DNA of 9,653 nucleotides from Geosiphon pyriformis uo1 (lineage: Eukaryota; Fungi; Glomeromycota), in assembly GCA_016748015.1 (NCBI GenBank), contig JAAOMT010000314.1, forward strand, positions 1 to 9,653, read 5' to 3'. The notes beneath the pieces were generated by a model that made no database searches, was not told where the DNA came from, and saw only the letters and a program-made list of their open reading frames with translations. A program made the translations under genes and the position numbers. Numbering within the stretch: position 1 is the first letter of the stretch; every line of letters begins with the position of its first letter. Shown one piece after another: positions 1 to 7,708 of the stretch.

Positions 1-1178
1 CCCCCCCCCCCAAGTTTGCTTATACCCACTATCCTTAGCAATGAGGACTATTTGAGTACCCTAGACCAGTACTACTCATGGATTTGCGGGTATCCACAAA
101 TACCCCCCAAATATTTGCTCGATTATTACCTGATCCCAACTGCTGTAGGACTACTTGGGCTGTAGTAAGCTTTGATTTGGTGCATTTACGCCCAAGTGAT
201 GTAAACCTCTCCCCAAAAAGCAGCGACTGGGGATCGATAAAGTGTATTGGGGATGTTGGGTTTTTGTATGGGCACGATTGATGTATTTGTCGAGTACTCA
301 ATTAAGTAATGGGATCCCTTATTGGTTAATGGTTGGTACTATTTGCTTACTTACCCTCAGGACGCCATTTAGGGGACTAGGGCGCCCATTTGCAGTACTT
401 GTTGATGGATCCTACTGATACCTCTACCATTGGTGGTATGAGGCGTGTTCTGATGGCTGGATAGGACTTTGATTTATCCTTGGAGTAAAGCATGGGGAGT
501 AAATAGTTTTGGGACAAGTAAAGGGTATCAGGTAGACTAAAGTCCCAACAGTAAAATGGATATCATTGGTGGGGATTGGTCAGTATGGGTAATGGTTACC
601 ATTTGGGACCCACAAGCTGAGGAAGTGGTAGTAAGGGAGGCATTGCAGTTAACTGTTGTAGAGTAGTGTTTGGGTACTGATTGATGACAAGATATGGTAT
701 CGTTAGCCTTATAGTAGCCTCCTATAACCCTACCCTTATGAGCTAGAAGCAGCCATATAGTATTGATTGGTAGTAGTAAACCCAAAGTACCAGTGATTGT
801 AGAGATCCGACTATATACAACCAAAACGACTCAAACTTAATCTAACCAATTGGTATGGATTGGTATTGGTAGTACTCATAGGGTATCCATTTTTGCATGG
901 GAGCAGGGGGGGAGAGTAGAGCACCCAACACAACTAATGACTGGACCCTGGGGCTATAGCTATCAATCCTGGGGGAGCAGCGACTTGGACTTGGTACTGA
1001 ATGAGACGCTTAATAGTAGGCCTATAGGGGCCTCTGACTGCAGTTGGATTGGATAGTTTATGGAGACTACTGGGATCCCTCCCTGTGCGTAAGTATGTTG
1101 GCTTGTACAGGTCTACGTCATGACACGGGAGGAAGGGTCCCAGACTTACCTCCCCCTATACACTAGAAATTAGCTGTT

Positions 1179-1235
1179 ACAAAGCTTTACTTTGGATTGG
1201 AAGTACCTACAAAGCTGAAATGGTAGCACAAAGCT
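1179..1235 (+). repeat. Three ACAAAGCT direct repeats (1179, 1209, 1228)
   Basis: Exact 8-mer three times within 57 bp, with start spacings of 30 and 19 bp. Confidence 0.7.
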
Positions 1236-1563
1236 CTATATACCTATGGTGGCATTGGTACTTATTACAATTACGGTATTTGGTGGAGGGCATCTTGGGT
1301 ATAGGATATTGGTATGGGGACTATGCGGTTTATTACAGCGTGCAGGTCTACGTGATATATTAGTACTCCCCACAATGGCTATATGGAGCCTGAAGTAAGT
1401 GGACAGTAGGGATGGCCCATACTATATGTAAATAGCTGGAACCAGTAATGCCTTGACTACTTGGTCCATAGCTACTACTCCCACCCCACCAGTAGCTCTG
1501 ATGGATTAAGCTTCTGCATCCAGCTAAGCTCATGCTACTAATGCCGGGGGATATTTACAGCCC

Positions 1564-1735
1564 TTGTTTGTGGACCATAACAAGGAGTCTTGTAAGTCCT
1601 TGTTGATTCTCCAGTTTCTCTTAGCCCCCACCCAACAACACCATACCACCACCCACTGTGTGCGTGGGATTTAGAGTTAAGGATGTTATTGGTATGACTT
1701 TACTTAACAACAGTTTGTTGGTTGATCATAACAAG
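1564..1735 (+). repeat. Pair of 21-bp imperfect direct repeats, each a small hairpin
   Basis: TTGTTTGTGGACCATAACAAG (1564-1584) vs TTGTTGGTTGATCATAACAAG (1715-1735), 18/21 identical. Both keep a TTGTT/AACAA stem. Confidence 0.65.
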
Positions 1736-3536
1736 TACTAAGTATCCCGACCCTCAATAGTTACTGATCACATTGGTATGTACTGAGATAGCCTAGGTAC
1801 TTTGCTGTCCGTTGGATTTGATCGCATTGAAAGGGAAGTGGGAGTTACTGAAGTCACGGTACTCAAATAGTAGAATACTCAGACCATTTTTGGATATCCA
1901 AGTACCAGTTGGTTAGGGTACCTAGGTGATGGTGGGATTGTACAGTACTACAAAGACACCTCCATATGCCAAAAGGCCTGTGTAACATTGGTCAAGTTAC
2001 CCATTAGTAGTGGTAAAGTAAGTATAAATAGACTAATACAGCCCAAGTGTTGGCATATGAAGAGTCCTGGTGCAATTACATGGCTTTGGTAACCAAACTG
2101 ACTGTATCCAGCTACACATACGGGGAGTCGGGATTGGTACCTACTTACTTTAAATGGTAGTGTTGGTAGAGTTGGTTGGATGTTGTTATAGCCTTACTTG
2201 CATGACTTTTCTCATAAGCATTATTACAATCAGTTGTACTTTGTTTGGTAAGCTCTGATTTGTGGAGAAGAAGGGTTGATAGCAAGTAAGTACCTATGAT
2301 GCCCGTATTATACCCCTTACTTACAGGAAGATCAGTAATAACCTGTAATTGCTTACTACTCAGGGCTACTGGCTACCAGTAAAGCTGTACTTGAGGTATG
2401 ACGGGAGCCCTTTGATTAGGATCCTTATCCGAGTATACCAAATTGAGTACATACCTCTTTAGGGCCATAAATAGGTAAGCCTTTGACATCAAGTATCTAA
2501 ATGATGGGAGCTTATGTACTGCATGCCCCCCCTGTTGGCTACTATACATACTGTAAACTCTGAGCAGCCCTTGAAGATGGGAGATGGCTACCATGCTTAA
2601 CCAAGTAATGAAAGGTGGTTGAATGGAGCCAGATGGTCGTCAAGAGGTCTCGCCCTGTATTGGATTGGCCAAAACAAATACAGGCTTTAGAGCATTGGGA
2701 TATGATCCCTTAAGTTAAGGTAAACAGGCGAGCCACACTGCTTTACCACTATTACTCATACTTACACAAGCTTGGTACAGAGGTTACAAGTAATTGTCAA
2801 TCAAGTAATAGCTTCAAGCAGTGTGTACAAGGATTGATTTGTATTGGTTTTGCATGGATACTTGCCTGACGACCATCCGTCTACCCCCCTGCTTGACCAG
2901 TTATACTTTTACCTACTGCAAATACCTGGTGGTATGGAGTAATGCCATAGCTTTTACTAGAGGTTTCGCGGCTAATTTGGTTGTAGTTTGTCTAGGTACT
3001 TGGACCCCTGTACTCCTCCTCAATCGTTCGTTAGAGAATCCCTGAGTATGGGTCCTTTTTAGCTTGTGGAGTCTATGAGAGTAGAGTACTATAGGCAAAG
3101 CCCATTGCGGGAGTTTTTTTAGAGTTTGTATGATTGGAGCGCGTTACACTGTCCTTATTAGCCCTGTTTGACCATCCAGTATGAGAACTCTGGGTATCTC
3201 CCAACTCCTGTGTGTGGTTGTGGTGCCATAACGTACAGTGGTGATCGCTTACTGGTAAAGCTAACTCTTTTTATTAGGTACATATGCTGTATTTTGTAAC
3301 GTACTATAGTTGGTGATACCCTGATTTATAGATTAGGGCCCAAACCCTGGCGGTACTGTTATGCCCCTTTGAAGCTACTACTCCATTATTACTGATATGC
3401 TCATGAGAGGTATGGATTTGCTTGCTACAGTCCTCAGTTGATTGGGGGTTTTTGTGGCAAAGCTTGGTACCAATGACTTGTAGTGGCCAGGTATTTGGTA
3501 TCCTCATGTATCCCCCCTTGGTCCTCTATCCAACCT

Positions 3537-3558
3537 CCCACCCCCAGTACCCATCCCC
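3537..3558 (-). other. Canonical G-quadruplex motif on the minus strand
   Basis: Plus strand reads CCC-A-CCCCC-AGTA-CCC-AT-CCCC, giving four G3+ tracts with 1-4 nt loops on the minus strand. Confidence 0.6.
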
Positions 3559-4886
3559 TTTGAGGTACTCATGCATTTGTATATAAGTTTTAGAGCAAGT
3601 ACTTAAGAGCCTCATTAGTACGATTTACTAGTATAGCTAACTGGATGTTGCAACTGGTAGAATGGAGTGGGAAGCCCTTTGTTGGTGCTGGACTTGGAGG
3701 GATTTATGACTAGCCCCTATTGATTATTGATTTACTGTACCTGTTATCAGAATGGCTACTATCCTTACTCCTCAAGGTCCTGTAATACCATATCCCTTCC
3801 CCCTGCTGTCTTACCCATAGTTGATTTGGAGCTTACGCTACTTACTCATGGATGGTAGGAGCATAGTTCGGCCCCATATGCCCGCTTTGGTAGAGTAGTA
3901 GCCCCCTTGGGCTGATAATAATTCAGTACTGTTTGGGATTGTACGTGGGTATTTTGAGTAGTGGGATACCATACCATACCACTTACTTATTACTGTTATC
4001 CCCAGATACCAATCATCACCACCAATGAGGCCCAAGAGCCTTATGGTACATCAGTACTTGCCCTGTAACGCGATGGATAACTCAAACTGACTAGACTACC
4101 CAATGGTACCTTTTGGTAGAGTACAAAACCTAGCCATACCAAGTACTAAGACTACCAGTGTACAATACTTGCTTGGTTCACCCCAGACCCAAGTTCACAC
4201 AGGTTGCTTATTGATCCCTTACATTTTTATGTAACCCTTAGTCAATGGTTCCACAATGGCTACTGATAAGCTCATAGGCTAAATACAGCATGGATCCAGT
4301 GCGCGAAAGTAATATGACTGGTATCAGTACAGATCTCCCCATCCTGCGGTATTTGACAATGGTATAGCACTTTAGAGCCTTTAGATACCCCCCCCCTTTG
4401 GTGGTGGTTATATTGGGGTTTTGTACTGGTGTTGAAATCCCTATTGATTGGAGGTTTAGCAGAGTCCGTGCCCCAATCCCCCCTTTGAGGATTAGCTAGA
4501 CAACGATTGACTGGGGATACTTTCTAGATCCTTACCATTTCAGGTACCTCTAGCCTCCTATTGACTTACAGGTAGAGCACATTGGGCTACTGTTGGTTGA
4601 TGCTATGAGAAGTCTAGCGCCAGCCTTGCTCAGACAGCCCTTTTATAGCTCCTTGCCGTATTGGTATGTAAGGCGGACCATTAAATAGAAATAGGGTATT
4701 GGGAGGCCCCTTTATTGATTGGTAAGAGTATACAGGATTCTATACTTGGTACCTATTACAGGTCCCTATAGCAATTCAACCGTTGTATTTGCAGCTATCA
4801 TATGGATTCTTGTTTAGTAAGGGACTTTGGTATAGGTGTGGATGTTTATGAGTTGCCTCGCAGGCCATGATTCAAGACTGCAACAA

Positions 4887-4917
4887 GTATAGGCCCTCCA
4901 AGCCGAGGGCAGTATAC
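4887..4917. other. Stem-loop
   Basis: GTATA-G-GCCCTC-(CAAGCC)-GAGGGC-AG-TATAC: 5+6 bp stem with a small internal loop. Confidence 0.55.
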
Positions 4918-5139
4918 GACCCGTAGTCATTGGCGAAGTATTAGTAGTATGGATCCACATGAGGTTGTGAACCGGTATGATCTATGTGCCCCTGCACGCG
5001 CAAGAGGCCTTGCCCCCCCCCTACCCCCCAGGGGACTCCTTGGGATCTCAAGATCCTCCTTTACCCTAATTTGGAGCCCAGTTTTATACACGAATGTCAT
5101 ACCCAGGTAGGTAAGGGGATGTATAACAGGGAGTGTTTG

Positions 5140-5151
5140 ATCCCTAGGGAT
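5140..5151. other. Perfect 12-bp palindrome ATCCCTAGGGAT
   Basis: Self-complementary. Immediately followed by the 8-bp palindrome TTGTACAA (5152-5159). Confidence 0.85.
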
Positions 5152-5184
5152 TTGTACAATGGTTGTTGTCATATGTTTTGGATT

Positions 5185-5211
5185 GGGTTGTTGGGGACCC
5201 CCCACAAACCC
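5185..5211. other. G-run/C-run stem-loop
   Basis: GGGTT-GT-TGGGG-(ACC)-CCCCA-CA-AACCC: 5+5 bp stem. Confidence 0.55.
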
Positions 5212-5298
5212 CCCTACTATAGTGTCATCCCATTGCAAACAAGGTTCATTGATCGTCTATACACTCCATCATCAACATGGGATCCCTAAAGAGGATCC

Positions 5299-5379
5299 TT
5301 GGGGTTGGAGCTGCAAGCTAAAAAGGGGTTGTGGTTGATCCTGTACCAAAAAGCAAACCAACAAACCCCATAACCCCAA
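5299..5379. other. Imperfect nested inverted repeat
   Basis: TTGGGGTT (5299-5306) pairs with AACCCCAA (5372-5379). Alternatively GGGGTTGTGG (5325-5334) pairs with CCATAACCCC (5368-5377, one G-T). Small AGCT-GCA-AGCT hairpin at 5309-5319. Confidence 0.5.
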
Positions 5380-6700
5380 CAAGGAGTTTATACGTTGGTC
5401 TAGCCCCCTGGATACCCAAAGCCACTTGATGGGGGGTGTCATATAGTACTGGAGGAGGACCCGGTGGGGTTGGATGTTGTGACAGTAGTATGGGTATGGG
5501 GGGAGGTTGGATTGGTATGATAATGGGACTCAAAATAGGTACCAGTCTAACCAGAGTTTTAAAGTAGTGTAAGGGGGGAGAACGAATCCCTAGCAAAGTT
5601 GGTTGTAAGGTGGTTGTTGATTTGGTGGTGGGGTAAGTACTGGTATTTCTAACGCGAGTTTGTATTGGCACATCACCGATAGGGTCATTGTTACTCCCTG
5701 GGACGGTACCTTTTGTATGGGATATTGGGGGATATTGAGGATTTATTACCCATATAGACAAGGGGATTGATAGCTACCTAAGGGTATTGGGATATGAGGC
5801 CAAAATAAGGATACCCATTGGTAGTAAAGGGCTTACTTGTTTTGTAAGAAAAATGGGAGTTCACTTACTTGATAGTCAATGTAGTAGGATCTTGGCTGGT
5901 ATTAAAGGGCCTTGCGCACTTGGTTTATTGTTGGTTGGATGGTAATGGATTGTAAGAGTAATTACCAATGGTTTTAAGCCTGGTATGGTATGTGTTGGCT
6001 TGTGATAGTACCCTAGATCTACTGTTAATAGGACGACTTAGTTCAAGTAGGTATAGGAGGACCCTAATTAGTTTAGAGGGTAGTAGGCAATACTAGATAT
6101 GGGGACATGTTATTGGGGATGGTTGAAATCGTACTGGTGTTACCCATCCTGAGGGACTTATCCAGTTCTTGACCATATTTAGCCCATACAGTAAATGGAG
6201 GTTTGGGATTAGCAGTTTGGTATTGGTAACAGTTGTTGAGGGCTATACAAAGTAACAGTATGTTTATGGGGCTTACTAGGGTAGTAGAGGACCCAGGTAA
6301 GTATGGGTACGAGGTTGGGGTGGCAGGTGTCTTTTTGAGTCATGTATGTATTGGGTGTTTGAGTACAACCCCTTTTGGGTCTATTGGGTACCAAGTAGTT
6401 GGTCAGGGGGTTTTAGTAAAATAGGTGTTTGTAGTATCTAGCCCCTGTAAACAAGGCTCATAGGATACCAGTACAGTTGGAGTTGGTGGTGATCAAGATC
6501 AGTTGGGTTTGTAGTACTCTAGCTGGATTGGATTGGAGATTTGTAGTACTGATTTGGAAGGATTGGTAGGGCTTGATGGTATGGATGGGTATTACAGAGA
6601 TTACTTTTGTATTTTTGTCAGGACTTGGCGGGGGGATCCTCTAAATTACCAGTTTGGTGTGGTTTGCAGGGGGATCGCCGTGTCATCACAAGGTTTGGTT

Positions 6701-6732
6701 GGGTTGGTGGGGGCGCCAGCGGGTGGTACGGG
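6701..6732 (+). other. Canonical G-quadruplex motif on the plus strand
   Basis: GGG-TTGGT-GGGGG-CGCCAGC-GGG-TGGTAC-GGG fits G3+N1-7 x4. Confidence 0.55.
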
Positions 6733-7463
6733 TTTACTTGGTTTGGGTAGTAGTTAGGGGGAGAAGTTGTGCCACAAGCCACAGGACCCTATTGGTGCCT
6801 TTACTCCAAGTAGTAAGACACGAATCCCTATTTGTACTCCATTTAAGTATGATTACGGCCTGTACTGTTACTAATTGCATTGGTACCTATTTTCAGTTTG
6901 TTTAAGCACTCATGTTGGAAGTTGTGGACCTCTAGTAAAGGGGTAGTCATGGGTAGTACCCAAATCCCGAAAGGCTACTGACTGGATTTACCCTTTTTAT
7001 CCCACCATACTTTGAGTACTTTTGGACTATTGATTTACTGCCCAGCCCATAGCCATTACTTATTTACTATCCTTGTTATCCGCTTGAACTTGTCAGTACC
7101 AAAGGGTGTTGTTTTACTTCCCCTATTAAGTACTCATGGGGACAGTACTAGATAGTCCCTATTTGTGAGATAATAGTAAACAGGCAATTGTGTGGGGACC
7201 TATACGTTCTGGGAGTGGAGAGCCTTCTAAGTACTACCCAATATTGCTTGCTTCCCAGGATTCATCCCTACATGATGGTTGTCAGGTATTGGTACTTCCT
7301 GAGTAATGGTGTTGTTGGATGGTTGTGGTGGTTGTATTTTGGTACTGACTTATTTTAGCCCCTCTAACCAACTGTTCGCTGAGGCTCCACTACTCATGAG
7401 GACTACCCAACCAAACTTATTGGTAACCAATACCAACTTTTACCCATAGCTACATCATACATA

Positions 7464-7482
7464 TGACTACTTGACTACTTGA
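7464..7482 (+). repeat. Short tandem duplication (TGACTACT)x2 + TGA
   Basis: TGACTACT TGACTACT TGA read directly. Confidence 0.7.
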
Positions 7483-7696
7483 TTTACTACCCTTTGTTGG
7501 ATACATGGCCTCCCTTATGCCCATCTACTTTACTTGCCACACTACTACCACCCCTTTATAAGACTTGAAGTCGTACTTGTCCCAGGTACTCTGATACCTG
7601 TTTTGTCTTTGGGGTTGGCAGGTTGGCTATGGGATCTACACTCCAGTAGCTCCCCATTAGCAATTGGTGGTACTACAAAACCACTCATGACGATGG

Positions 7697-7708
7697 CCCC
7701 CCCCCCCC
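7697..7708 (+). repeat. C12 homopolymer at the unit junction
   Basis: 12 consecutive C, of which the window start shows 11. Other long runs are C9 at 4388-4396 and C9 at 5013-5021. Confidence 0.9.

Larger units (their letters stand above)
1..1956 (+). repeat. Long direct repeat, copy 1 (truncated by window start)
   Basis: Sequence from the leading C-run/CAAGTTTGC to ...AGTACTACAAAGA is repeated at 7698-9653. The ORF track repeats identically with offset 7697 (35->7732, 78->7775, 537->8234, 850->8547). No mismatches seen in spot comparisons. Confidence 0.98.
1..7697. other. One full 7697-bp unit (circular molecule or tandem-array monomer), apparently non-coding
   Basis: Periodicity of 7697 bp with both repeat copies ending exactly at the window limits. 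No ORF over 147 aa and no recognisable domains in any listed ORF. Confidence 0.8.

Noticed and set aside
121-3392. NANTATTAC nonamers (121, 2220, 3384) like CRESS-DNA virus origins
   Set aside because: None sits in a convincing stem-loop, and no Rep ORF is present.
5173-5220. Peptide MFWIGLLGTPHKPPYY resembles the Cox1 segment MHFLGLAGMPRRIPDY (from memory; about 7/16 identities)
   Set aside because: The conserved PRR is absent, flanking residues do not match, and the codons coincide with the G-run/C-run hairpin at 5185-5211, which explains the Gly/Pro. Revisit only if RNA-seq shows edited or trans-spliced reads here.
5318-5761. Longest ORF (147 aa, minus strand), and all other 61-103 aa ORFs in the track
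   Set aside because: The Pro/Thr/Ile-rich composition simply mirrors the G+T-skewed opposite strand. I see no domain motifs or operon-like packing, and ORFs overlap on both strands at lengths expected by chance.
6001-6255. Possible stop-codon reassignment hiding long genes
   Set aside because: Sampled frames read through TAG/TGA (here and at about 4726-4926) were not protein-like and still hit other stops. Only samples were checked, so a full six-frame test under alternative codes remains to be done.
5301-7620. GGGGTTGG words (5301, 5466, 7611) resembling kinetoplast CSB-3 (GGGGTTGGTGTA)
   Set aside because: No full 12-mer match was seen on either strand, and the partial matches are expected from the G/T-rich vocabulary.
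1-7697. CRISPR array, tRNA/rRNA genes, hammerhead ribozyme or rod-like viroid-type fold, telomeric array
   Set aside because: I saw no regularly spaced 25-45 bp repeats, no cloverleaf with a T-loop, only isolated 8-10 nt rRNA-like words (e.g. TTAGATACCC at 4381, TGGCGAAG at 4931), no CTGANGA...GAAA core with proper stems, no long-range self-complementarity, and only scattered single TTAGGG. This is a visual search, not an Infernal scan.
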